Of a stretch of DNA of 64,000 nt, positions 12,034-24,055 are shown piece by piece. Origin of the DNA: Azolla caroliniana. Lineage: Eukaryota > Plantae > Polypodiophyta. The notes beneath the pieces were generated by a model. The model was not told where the DNA came from and made no database searches. It saw only the letters and a program-made list of their open reading frames with translations. A program made the position numbers and the translations under genes. Location: the NCBI GenBank assembly GCA_043228905.1, contig JBHGNT010000007.1, positions 12,276,001-12,340,000 on the forward strand, read 5' to 3'. The number at the start of each line of letters is the position of its first letter. The stretch's first letter is position 1.

Positions 12034-15000
12034 ACAGGAAGAAAACTCTCGGAGCAAAACAATTACAAATTGGTCCGGATGGGGCATCTACGTACACGGC
12101 TGTAACCGGAGGAAAGAAGAAAGAATACCGAAAAGTAGAGGATAAGTTGCGGTCGGGATCAATAATAAAAGAAGACGAAGAAATCGTGGGGGTAGTCGAA
12201 GAAGTGTTCTATGGGAGCACGCTACAACGACTTGAAGAGCTTGTGGAGGATAAAAGCCAAGGAGACCGGGCAGTCCCGGTGGAATCGGTCGAGATGTACG
12301 TGATCATTGCGAAAATGGGGTCGGATGCGCTCCGCAAAGAAGAAGCAATGGTAAGTACGAAATACAAGACTGTGGAGAAGAAAGTGAAACTGGTTGCGAA
12401 ACCGTTACCTGCCTATAGCGAGCAAAAGAGGAAAGAAGTCTTGGGAGATCCGACACTTCAGAAGTCCGTGGATATCGGACATGCCTTCACGGTTGACACC
12501 CGGAAGAAACTTCAGATCGGTCGAGGTTGTTTCCTTTTACAAAATGAAGAAGAACGATTCCGTGGGATGTTGGAACAACATGGGAAAGCATTTGCATTCA
12601 CATCTAAGGAGATAGGGTGTGTTAATCCGAAGATAGTGGAGCCAATGGTGATCTTCACGATTGATCATGTGCCGTGGAACCTGAAGCCGATTTTGGTGCC
12701 ACGGGCGCATATTCCCAAAATCATCGACTTGCTCAAGGAGAAGGTGGCGATGGGGATTCTAGAGCTATCAAACGCTCCGTACTCAAATCGATGGTTTATG
12801 GTTCTGAAGAAGAATGGGCCACTCCGATTTATCCAAGACTTGCAACCGGTGAACAAGGTCACGATCCGGAACTCCAGAGTCAGTCTGATAGTGGACGAAT
12901 TTGCGGAAGCATTTGCCGGACGCGCGATATACTCCATCGGAGACCTATACTCCGGCCGGGTATGACCAATTCCAACTAGCCGTGGAGAGCCGAGACATCA
13001 CTACCATGCGGACACCGATAGGATTAGTCCGAATGTACACACTACCACAAGGAGCGACAAACTCGGTTGCACATATGATGAATGCGATGAACAAGGTGCT
13101 TCGAGATTGCATTCCGAAGATAACGATGTCGTTCGTAGAGGACATTCCAATTAAAGGATGCGCGGTAGAAGAAAAAGATGAAACTATGGATGATCGGGAT
13201 GCCGAAAGTTCGTAGTCGACCATATTCGTGATTGCTTCGAAAGTGCTTCGAAAGTTAGAAGATGTGCACCTAACACTTTCCAGGGAGAAATTGGCATTCC
13301 GGCAAGAAGAGATATTGGTAGTCGGACATCTATGTGGGCCCTATAGTGAAGACCATCACCAACCAAGATCGATGCGATTCAAGCTATGAAAGAAGTATAC
13401 GAGTCACAATCCGAAGTCCGAAGGTTTCTTGGAGCTTGTGCATTTTATCACATATGGATTCCGCACTATGCACATATTGCGGACCCACTCTATCACTTGT
13501 TGTGGAAGGGGAAGAAGTTCGAATGGAAACTGGAACACACCAAAGCCATAAAGAAGCTCAAGAAAACACTATGGAGTGTTGAAGCACTTAAGAAGCCGAG
13601 CTATGAGCGACCGATCATAGTAACGGTTGATACAAGTCCAACTGGGATCGGATGGGTCATCAATCAAGCCGACTCGGATGGGTTGCGATATCCGATCCGA
13701 TTCGGAGCAAAGGTTCTCAACGAAAGGCAATGCAGATATGCACAAGTCAAAAGAGAATTATGGGGAGTTGTGTCGGCAATCAAATCGGATCAAGATTATT
13801 TGATCATAGCCAAAGTAGTGATCGAAACGGATTGTCTTCCGATACTCGGGATGATGCGGTGTTGCACGATACCGGATGTGACTATGCAAAGAAGAAGAAT
13901 ATGAGGGAGAAAACTTGATGATCGGGAAGGTGCTACAAGAGATTGAGGAATCATCGGACGATAAAGAGAAGAGAGTCGAGATCCGAAGTGTCGAATACGA
14001 GTGTATAATGGCCGTATTTAGACTGTCCCTTTGGATAGCCCAAGTTTGGGCTATTTCTGTAAATAGCATAAAGGGCAGTTGCCCTAGGATAGTCACTATA
14101 TATAGTGACTTTGTAACCTTCAGTGGGGGTTGGTTGGTGGTCATTTGTAACTGTTGCTATTAAGAAATAAAATGTTTCTTTGTGCCTCTCTCTCTCTCTC
14201 TCTCTCTTTGTGTATCTTGTTCATTCTCATACACAGGTCCTCCAACATCGCCGATGTTGTTTGTTCTTCCGCACTGACAACCTTGTCCCCAACATTTGGT
14301 ATTAGAGCGTTGGAGGTTCTTGAACCCATCGTCGGCCGTCATAGTACACCACACAACATTCTGTTTCTCTTTTTCTTGAAGAACAGAGAAGAGAGAAGAC
14401 AAACAAGAAGTTTGCATCTCACTGTGTTAAATCACTAATTGGAGTAAGCTAGCCGGCTGTACTCTGTTCCTGTGATTGTAACCACTTGAGATTGGTCTCC
14501 AGGCAACAACCAAATTCGTGCTTCATTCAGCTGATCGACATTCGGGAGGATCAATTGGATCCACCCCTCTCATCGCTGCAGTCATCCGAAGCAGAATCGG
14601 CCTAAACAATTGGTTTCTTGTGATCGGTATTCGACATACAATCGGAAGCTAACCGGAGTCACTCCAAGAAGGTTCAGCAAACAAGTATCTGAAACCAAAC
14701 TAACTCGGGTTCAAGACTGACTAAAACGATATCGGGTGAGCTGACCGGCTGCACCCCACTAAGGTTCCTAGTCAACTCCGAACACAGTCTTACCAACCTA
14801 AACCGAATTAGATGGCATCAACATCCAGCTCATTGGAGATGAGTCTAAGGAGGTTCGATGGTTGGAACTTCAACTTCTGGAAGGAACAAATGCATGACTA
14901 TCTCATAGTCAAGTGTCAGATAGACCCGATTGAGAATGAAAATCCTCCAGAAGCATACAAGGCAAACGAGTGGCTAAAGCTGGATAGAATCGTCCGCGCC

Positions 15001-15763
15001 ACGATTCGGATGCACTTGTCGGAGTCAGTGTACTTCATAGTGCAATCATGCTCGACAACTTTTGAACATTGGAAAACACTGTCGGAAATTTATGAAAAGA
15101 AGGTCGCTGCAACGAAGATGTATCTAATCCGGCGCCTCTACAACTTTCGGATGAAAGAATCCGATTTGGTTTAGGCACACCTCAACGAGTACGAAAGCCT
15201 AAGCTCCCAAATATCATCTCAGGGGATGGCAATAGAGGACGAACTCAGAGCAATGATACTCATGAGTAGTCTAGTAGTCTCCGCTCTTCTTGGGAAACTT
15301 TCGTCACAACCGTGTGCAATGCTTCAACAACTGCCATTAAGTACTCTGAAATCACGAGCGCAATCTTAATTGAAGCAGCTCGGAGAAAGTCTTTTGCCAA
15401 AGACTCGGCAGATGAAGCTTACGTAGTACAAGGTTTGAACGACCAATCAAACAACCGGGGAAGAAGTTCTTCCCGACCACCGAACAATCAGTGAAGCCGG
15501 AGCAAGTCCCAGGACAACCGAATCTACAACTACTGCAAGAAATTGGGACACATCAAAGCTGACTGCCGGGCACTCAAAGCAAAAACCGACAAAGCTCAGA
15601 GAGTGGATCAGAAGAGTAGCCGGCATGAGGAGGTCAACTAAGTCGGCTCTTCAGCCGAAATTTTGACGACCGACCCGAACATACTGTCCATAGACAACCC
15701 AGTTGAATCAGAAGTTCTGCTTACGACTGAGGAATCGAGCACATGGCTCCTAGACTCGGGCGT

Positions 15764-16448
15764 TAGGGATCTGCAACGGCTCGGCTCAAGCCTAAACCAT
15801 TTGGCTTAGCTGGCTTGAAAACGGCTTAGCGGCTTAGCGGCTCGGCTCGGCTCGGCTCGAGCCTCGCCAAACCGGCTCAAGCCGGCTAAGCCGGCTAAAC
15901 CGTTTAAGCCGTTTATAAACTTTAGAGAGAGGGGGAGAGAGACAACAGACAAGGGGAAAGAGAGAGTGAGAGTGAGAGAGTGAGGGAGACTAAACAGACG
16001 ATGGGAGAGAGAGAGAGTGAGTGAGGGAGAACTACACAGACGAGGAGAGAGAGAGAGAGGGAGGGAGACCACATATAAGGAGAGACAAAGAGAGAGAGAC
16101 TATACAGAGGGGAGAGAGAGAGAGAGGAACTACACAGAAAGGAGAGAGAGAGAGAGAGACTACACAGAGGGGGGAGAGAGAGAGGGAGGGAGAGAGTCGA
16201 GACCACAAACGTGAGAGAGAGTGGGAGGGAGAGCTTGTACAATGTATAACATATAGTATATAGTATATAGTGGATCATCTGAGAGAGAGAGAGAGAGAGA
16301 GGTTTCTAAACCGGTTTCCAAGCCGGTTTGTGAACTGGTTCGGCTCGGCTCGGCTCAGGTTTGAGGTCCCGTAAGATTTAGGTTTAGCCGGTTTGGCTTG
16401 GATTAGGCCAAACTGGCTAAGCCTAAACCGAACTGTTGCCGATCCCTA
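15764..16448. mobile_element. Non-autonomous hAT-like DNA transposon (MITE)
   Basis: TIRs TAGGGATCTGCAACGGCTCGG / reverse complement TAGGGATCGGCAACAGTTCGG; degenerate 8-bp TSD (TCGGGCGT / TTGGGTGC); subterminal GGCTC and AAACCG repeats; GA-rich core. Confidence 0.85.
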
Positions 16449-16830
16449 TTGGGTGCATCGTATCATGTGACACCTCACCGATCTCAGTTTCAGCAATACT
16501 CAGACCAGCACTTTGACTCAGTTCGAGTTGGGAACTCGCAACATTGTGCCATAATCGGAATCGGCACTGTAGAGCTCAACCTTCCGGGTGGCTCTACACT
16601 CATACTACACAACGTTCAATACGTTCCTGAGCTTTCAAGACCCTTGATCTCAGTCAGACAACTTGACGAAGCCGGCATCCGTGCCGGGTTCTCATCAAGA
16701 GGGTGGACACTCCACAAAGGGAACCTCCTGCTTGCTCGAGGACCAAAGGTACACTCTTTGTACCCTTTATGTGTCACACTCAAAGAGGGTGACTTATTTT
16801 TGGTTGATATCCCCGTGTCATCGTTATGGC

Positions 16831-17182
16831 ATGGACGACTTGGACACCTCAACAAGGACGACATAATGCACCTATCTAGAGCCGGTTACATCCCCAAGCT
16901 CTCCTTCTCAAATCACCAATTCTGTGAGCATTGCCAGTACGGCAAACAGGTAGCCGCATCACACCTGACATCAGCACCAAGAGAATCGAGTCCCCTCGAT
17001 TTGGTCATGGACGACTTGGACACCTCAGCAAGGACGACATAACGCACCTATCCAGAGTCGGTTACATCCCCAAGCTCTCCTTCTCAAATCACCAATTCTG
17101 TGAGCATTGCCAGTACAGCAAACAGGTAGCCGCATCACACCTGACATCAGCACCAAGAGAATCGAGTCCCCTCGATTTGGTC
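16831..17182 (+). repeat. 176-bp tandem duplication in the Copia H pre-integrase region
   Basis: ATGGACGACTTGGACACCTC...CTCGATTTGGTC at 16831-17006 and again at 17007-17182. Confidence 0.92.
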
Positions 17183-20072
17183 CACTCGGACGTCTGTGGC
17201 TCGATGCCACATCAGTCTCTCGGCGGTGCTTCGTACTTCGTCAATTTTATTGACGACTCGACTCGGAAGGTGTGGGCTTACCCCATTAGAACCAAAGATT
17301 GGGTGTTCTCAATCTTCTCCGAATGGCTTGCAATGGTCAAAAACCAGACTGGTCGGAAACTAAAATGTCTCCGAACCGATAATGGAGGAGAATTCAAGTC
17401 TGACGAATTCGTCAAATTTTGTCGGGAATGCGGCATTTGACGTGAATATACGACACCTTATAGTCCGGAGCAGAACGGAATTGTTGAACGCATGAATCGA
17501 ACGATTCAAGAACGCATAGTATCCATGCTCCAACACTCCAGATTGTCGGATGGCTTCTGGGTGGAGGCTCTACTTATGGCAGTACACATAATAAATATGT
17601 CACCAAGTAGACTTCTAGGACTTAAAATACCTCAGGAAACATGGACCGACAGTAAGCCGAATTATGACAAGATGAGGATCTTCGACTGCGAGCCGTATGC
17701 CCTCATACCGAAAGACGACTGCCGGAAACTTGAACCAAGATCAAGGAAATGCGTTTTCCTTGGATATGGACCCGATGGCGAGATTGCATACCGACTCTGG
17801 GACCTCGAGCACAGACAAATCGTCCGAAGTTCGGACGTTGTGTTCAACGAGTCGGCTATGCATAAAATGGACGAAAGGCCTATTGAAGTCCGAAGGGTAA
17901 TATTTTCCGAAGTGCCAACCCTTCATGAAGGCCCAACCCACCACACGAGATCGGTTTCACGGGTAACCGACACCTCCCATCCTGAATCCACCGATTCAGC
18001 ACAACCGAATGGCTCAGCTTCCGACCATTCGACACCTATACCCAGTGCGACCACTCCAGTCATACCTCGAAGATCCGAGAGATTGTCACAACCTCCGGAA
18101 AGGTACTCTCCCGGAATTTTCTTTACCGACGTCGGCGAACCGACGTCTTACAAAGAAGCATCGGCATCTGCCAACTCAGCCACCTAGCATCTGGTGATGG
18201 AGTCGGAAATGCACTCCATTCGTGCAAACAAGACTTGGGACTTGGTCGAATTACCGAAGAATTGACGTGCTCTTCCGTGTAAGTGGGTCTATTGACTAAA
18301 AGAGACGTCCGACTCGACCAACCCAAAGTACAAGGCCAGATTAATTGCGAAGGGATTTCGACAAGAACATGGCGTCGACTTCAACGAAATCTTTTCACCA
18401 GTGGTGAAAATGACAACCCTTCGTTTCATGCTCGACGTCGTGGCCGCCGACAACTTGGAGTTGATTCAGCTAGATGTAAAAACAACATTCCTCCACGGTG
18501 ACCTACAGGAGGAAATCTATATGGAGCAGCCGAAAGGCTTTGTGGCATCCGGCCAGGAACATCTAGTCTGCCGACTCAGGAAGAGTTTATACGGCCTGAA
18601 ACAGGCACCCCGATAGTGGTACAAGAAGTTCGACGACTTCATCCAGTCGGTCGGCTTCTCCAAGAGAAATGAGAACCACTGTCTCTTCACCAAAACAACT
18701 CAAGTCAGGTCTCTCCTCTTCCTCATCATTTACATGGATGACATGCTACTCTCCGGCCGACATGCCGGAGAGCTCACTGAACTCGTTCAGAAACTGCGGT
18801 CCGGCAAGACACATACTTGGTATGAAGATTAGTCGGCATCGCGATACACGACAACTTTTCTTGTCTCAAACTGACTACATCGGACGTGTCTTGGAACGCT
18901 TCAACATGCACTCGCCCAAGTCTGCTTCGACCCCGCTCCCCATTAACCTTCGGCTATCTCAACGAGATTGTCCGACATATAGTCCAGAGGGGGAAGATAT
19001 GAACCGTATGCACTGGCAGTCGGCTCCCTTATGTACGCAATGGTCGCGACACAGCCTGATATTTCTCACGCCGTAGGAGTCGTTAGTAGATTCATGCACA
19101 ACCCAGGCCGATCGTACTAGAACACAGTCAAGCATGTGTTCAGATATCTAGCTAGCACAAAAGACCACGACATTCTTTTTGGCCCGAACTCAACCTCAGG
19201 CGTAGTTGGTTACACCGACTCGGACTTCGCCGGCTACATGGACAATCGGAAATCAACAACCGGATATTGTTTCAAATTCGGCAATGGAGCAATCTCGTGG
19301 AAGTCGAAACTTCAAGAGTGCAGAACCACCTCAACGACCGAAGCGGAATATGTGTTTGCGTCCGACGCGGCAAAAGAAGCTTTATGGCTCGGTCAGTCGG
19401 CGCACACGTTTCGACAAGTCCACTTTGACTCAGCTCCAGTCGTCTACAGCGACAATCAGGGTGTTGTTGCTTTGTCAAAAAATCCGGTTCACCACAACGC
19501 CTCCAAGCATATCGACGTTCGATATCACTTTGTTCGGGACTTCGTCATTTCAGGGAAAATCGGTCTTGAGAAGATATCCACAACCGATAATGTCACAAAT
19601 GGAATGACCAAGTGTCTTTCGGCGGATCGCTTCCGGTCCCTTCGACACCAGATGGGCGTAACGAAAAATCGGTCCGGTTAAAGTCAGACACACAACATAG
19701 GATGGTTTTGGACAACCGACATTGGTTCTTTGAGGATCGGCTTCAGCTCTTCCGACCCGACCGGTTCGGTCTTTTATCTTCAGATCTTGCCGACTTGAAC
19801 AAAACCGATCTGTCTGATAAACCTTGTATATACTTGTAATTTCAGATAACCCATGTATACGCCCATTACGGGGGAGTGTCAAGTACGAGTGTATAATGGC
19901 CGTATTCACACTGTCCCTTTGGACAACCCAAGTTTGGGCTATTTCTGTAAATAGCATAAAGGGCAGTTGCCCTAGGATAGTCACTATATATAGTGACTTT
20001 GTAACCTTTAGTGGGGGTTTTTTGGTGGTCATTTGTAACTGTTGCTATTAAGAAATAAAACGTTTCTTTGTG

Positions 20073-20123
<51 letters not shown>

Positions 20124-21520
20124 CTTGTTCATTTCTCATACACAGGTCCTTCAACATCACAGATGTTGTTTGTTCTTCCGCACCGACGACCTTGTCCCCA
20201 ACACGAAGGAAGAAGAGGCAAGTCCAAAAGTTCTTCTTGAAAAATGGATTAATATGGAGGGAGCCGAAAAGATCGGATGGCATACCACTTCGGGTAGTTG
20301 GGACGAAAGAACAACGAAACCGGATAATGTCCGAGTTTCACGAATCCGATTGGGCTGGACATCGAGGAACATGGACAACTTTTATGAAAATCAAACAAAA
20401 ATATTGGTGGAAGAATATGTACAAAGATATAGCGGAGTTCACGGAAAGCTGCGAGAAGTGTCAAATCTACTCCGGAGTTCGACACCGAGATGAGTTACAT
20501 CTGACATTCTCACCGACAATCAACTTCAAATGGATGGTCGACATTGTAGCCATGCCAACCAAGATCGGACAAAAGAAGTACTTGGTGTTAGCTCGGGAAG
20601 ATCTCACAAACCAAGTAGAAGGAAAACATGTTTAGGGTCGGGCGCTACGAAGGAAAATGTGTTCTGCCGTATGCCAATTTATTTTGGAGGAAGTGTTTTG
20701 CAAGTACGGGTGCGTAGGACAAGTGATTGCGGATCGGGGAGAACTCGACTATCATAAAGCTAGGAAAAACACTTGCCAAAGCATGCGACGGAAGGGTGAA
20801 GGATTGGCCGCAGATGCTCCTGTATGCAATATGGGCGGATCAGACGATGCATAGCTCTGTGACCGGTTTTATGCCGGCCGAACTCATGACCAGACAAGCT
20901 CTAGTAATGCCGACAGAAACCGCAATTGCGACATGGACAATGCTTCCGTGGAAGGAAGAGATGAGCCGGGAAGAACTACTTGCGGTCCGGATACGACAAC
21001 TAGAGGGAAGACAAGAAGACATAGCGGAAGCAACACGCCGACAACAAGAAGCGCGATTCCGGAACAAAAGCCGATTCGACACAAAGCATCGACTACGACC
21101 GCAGAAGATTGAAGAAGGAGATTGGGTGATTGTCTATGATAGTAGTCCAGATCATCAACATACAATGATACGGAAGTTCGCGAAAAGGCGGTTCGGGCCA
21201 TATGAGGTTCGGAAAGTTTTCGACAACAAAACTTACCGACTATACGAGTTGGATGGAACAGTACTACGGGTGCCTATAGCGGGGAAACGGGTGAAAATTT
21301 TCAAGAAGCGGACTGACGAAGAACCCTATGTAACCCTAGACAAGACTGACATAGAGGAGCAATCGGACAAAGCTCGTGGTGATGTAGAAAGCAAAGAAAG
21401 TAGTCTACAATTGATAGTTGATATAAGGGAGGAATTGGGTAGTGCTACAGATGAAAACGAACAACAGGCATCGGGAACTTCGGCACATACCGGAGGATGT
21501 GCGAGTTTGGAGGGGGCGAG

Positions 21521-22323
21521 TGTCGTAGTGTAATTCACACACTACGTGAAAATTGCATTTTTGTCCTCCGGATGGGATAAGGAGGAACCGGCAAGGAGGA
21601 ACCAGTGAGAACCGGATGAAGAAGGAACTGGTAAGGAGAACCGGATGAAGGAGGAACCGGCAAGGAGGACCTGGTAAGAACCGGATCAAGGAGCCGGTTA
21701 AAGAAGGCCGATGAGAGTCTCTCACCGGATGAAGAGGCAAATTTGTAAATAGAAGAAAACATTGTTACGTGCATAGGGCAGGATTCAAACCTTATACCTC
21801 CACGTAAACAAACCCTAACCTTACCATTGTACTAGCTTATCCTAAGTGTTTTAGATATAGATTTAATTTGTATAAGACTTTTATTTACGCCTACCTTTAT
21901 TAAAAGGTAAGTCATGCATTTTTAGAATGCGTGAATATTTTATTTATAAGAAAAATGTACACCGATAAAAAATTACTCCTGCACATTTAGTGTGCATGAA
22001 CACTTTAGAAAAAGCATGAAGCTATGCTTAGCCTCTTCCCTCCTTATATGAGGGGAGAAAGATGTATGGTTATTGATTATTTTACAAGGATTGATCAATC
22101 TAATATATTCGTGGGATTCACGAGTTTATCATTAAAATTCTCTTTCTTACAATCTAAATATTGATTAAATACACTAAACACGTGGGACTCATAAGTTTTA
22201 TTTCTTACTTCTCTTTCTACCTATTCACAACTAGCCTTATATTGTATTCTTCTTTCTCCTAGTCCAAAACCTCAGTGGTTCCCACCCGACTCACACAACG
22301 ATCCGGAGCAAAAAGGCACGACA
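21521..22323 (+). repeat. Gypsy A 3' LTR (803 bp)
   Basis: Direct repeat of 1462-2116, preceded by GGAGGGGGCGAG. Confidence 0.93.
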
Positions 22324-22957
22324 ACGTATGCTATCGCGCCGAATATCCGGGTGTGCGATAAGTCCGACTTCTTTCCGAAGTATTTTTCGTGCGGCGTGAC
22401 CTCGTGCACTCCGAATGTTGTGCACCGGCTCATAAGGTAGATGGCCGTATTTGCAGCTTCGGCCCAATATGACTTGGGCATATACTTCTCGTTCATCATG
22501 GCCCGCACTACTTCGAGGATCTGCCGATTTTTGCGCTCGGTTACTCCGTTTTGTTGCGGAGTGTGTCGGCAAGTGAATTCTCGCTGAATTCCTTCCTTTC
22601 GGAGATACGTCGTGAAATCATCCGAGAAGTACTCCTTGCCGCCATTCGGTCAAAGGCATCATACATGACGACCAATGGCTTTTTCGACTTCGTTTTTAAA
22701 CCTTTGGAAGTGTCCGAACACTTCGCTCTTTTGCCGCATCGGATAGAGCCACGTGTGCCTGGAGAAGTCGTTGATGAAGAGCATGTAATATCGGCATCCG
22801 CCAAATGTAGCCATTTGCACCGGTCCCCATACGTCAGAATGGACTACATCGAGTAGACCTTTGCTCACATTCTGCTCTTTTGGGAATGGGTGTCGGTGTT
22901 GCTTGCCGAATTGGCACGCTTCGCATACACCTTGAATCTCCTTCTCTTTGAATGTCG
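22324..22957 (-). pseudogene. Copia C integrase core fragment
   Basis: VCEACQFGKQHRHPF, VVHSDVWGP, YWAEAANTAIYL. Confidence 0.9.
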
Positions 22958-22964
22958 ACACCAA

Positions 22965-23873
22965 TGTGCAAGTTCAGAGGGGGTGGGTGTCGTGAAGAAT
23001 GTGCTTCACGATATAAAAATGAGCTTAAATGTTGTATTTAATAATATTTGAGAGACTTGAACCCACATCCTTATAAACGATATACAATGTACATACCACT
23101 AGGCTAGGCTATTTATTTGTAAAAGTGCTTCATGATATAAGAATGAAGCTATATATTGTATTAAGTAAAATTGAGGGACTTGAACCCTCAACCTTGTATA
23201 CCAAGCACCAAGCATACACCACTAAGCTAGGTTAGTTATTTTAGAATGCATTTTCATCATTATACTTATCCCATATCTATTTTCATACATAGCCATCATT
23301 CATCACATGCAATGCATGTGCGCCAAATGGCGATCATGCATTACATGTAACTCATGCATTGCATGCATGCCATGCTCCCATACATTACCATATGCATGGT
23401 AACACTTATATAAAGAGGGGAAAGGGAAAACAAAGGGATCAAGAGAAAGTTAGATAAATAAGATAATCAAAGAAACAAACAAGTTAGCTTGTTGGTGAAG
23501 AGGCTCGTGTTTCCAAGTTGGAGTCAAGAGTTCGAATCAAGGGTCGGTAGAGAAAGGGTTCATCTTGCTACCAAACATTGTAAAGTTGGTAAAATCTTGT
23601 ATTCATAATATACATCATGTTCATATCATATATTTTTTTGTCTTAAATCATACTTTGTCTCTATCTTGCTTCTTGAATCATATATTGTCTCTATCTTCTA
23701 TCTATTCTCATCTCTCTCACACACACACATTACTCGTAACTCTTCGTCTTACTATCCTTAACCATTCTATCATCACCATACAAGCCTTATTAAAAGTTAA
23801 GTTTCTTCAACTCCCCTTGACCTTAGTCCCCGCGACTTCTCCGCACGAACCACAACTACCCCGACACTCGACA
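22965..23873 (+). mobile_element. Truncated Gypsy F (A/B-related): PPT remnant plus 3' LTR (22988-23873)
   Basis: ATGTGCAAGTTCAGAGGGGGTGGG resembles the pre-LTR sequence of A; LTR TGTCGTGAAG...CTCGACA; followed by CCGT of the E LTR. Confidence 0.75.
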
Positions 23874-24055
23874 CCGTCTCTGGGGAAACACCTTCGATGA
23901 GCCCACAGGCTATCGGTGTCAAGGGATCATGTTACGTGGAAGCCTCTTCTACACATGGAAAAGAAAGGAGAATGAGGAGCGTACACGGGCTACAACCCGT
24001 TAGGCATAAACGTAGCTCGATTTACGAGTATAGGGAGAATGCACAGATAGAATAT

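Larger units (their letters stand above)
14812..19681 (+). pseudogene. Copia H gag-pol
   Basis: FDGWNFNFWK, WLLDSGASYH, LVHSDVCG, LRTDNGGEF, LYGLKQAPR, GYTDSDFAG, KHIDVRYHFVR; many stops and frameshifts. Confidence 0.92.
13989..20203 (+). mobile_element. Ty1/Copia element H inserted in the pol of A
   Basis: LTRs 13989-14294 and 19877-20203 (differ in CT microsatellite length), TSD CGAAG, PBS TGGTATTAGAGC (iMet-like) at 14297, PPT GGGGGAG. Confidence 0.95.
2134..21520 (+). pseudogene. Gypsy A gag-PR-pol in four pieces (2134-2729, 9776-10354, 11090-13988, 20209-21520)
   Basis: Gag FNGKDVSQYL, zinc knuckle CIWCDNTEHDRRDC, PR LIDHGSEINL, RT LRFIQDLQPVN, RH VDTSPTGIGW, INT HESDWAGHRG..CEKC. Many stops; a deletion near 13887 removes the RNase H end relative to B. 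Confidence 0.88.
1462..22323 (+). mobile_element. Ty3/Gypsy element A (decayed, three nested insertions)
   Basis: Paired LTRs TGTCG...GACA, 4-bp TSD ACGT (1458-1461 / 22324-22327), PBS at 2121, purine-rich tract before 21521, domain order gag-PR-RT-RH-INT. Confidence 0.93.

Noticed and set aside
15806-16278. Ser/Leu- and Arg/Glu-rich ORFs
   Set aside because: Translations of GA/CT microsatellite inside the MITE.
23049-23237. Functional tRNA genes
   Set aside because: A/B boxes are present but I could not build acceptor or anticodon stems; reported as tRNA-like cassettes only.
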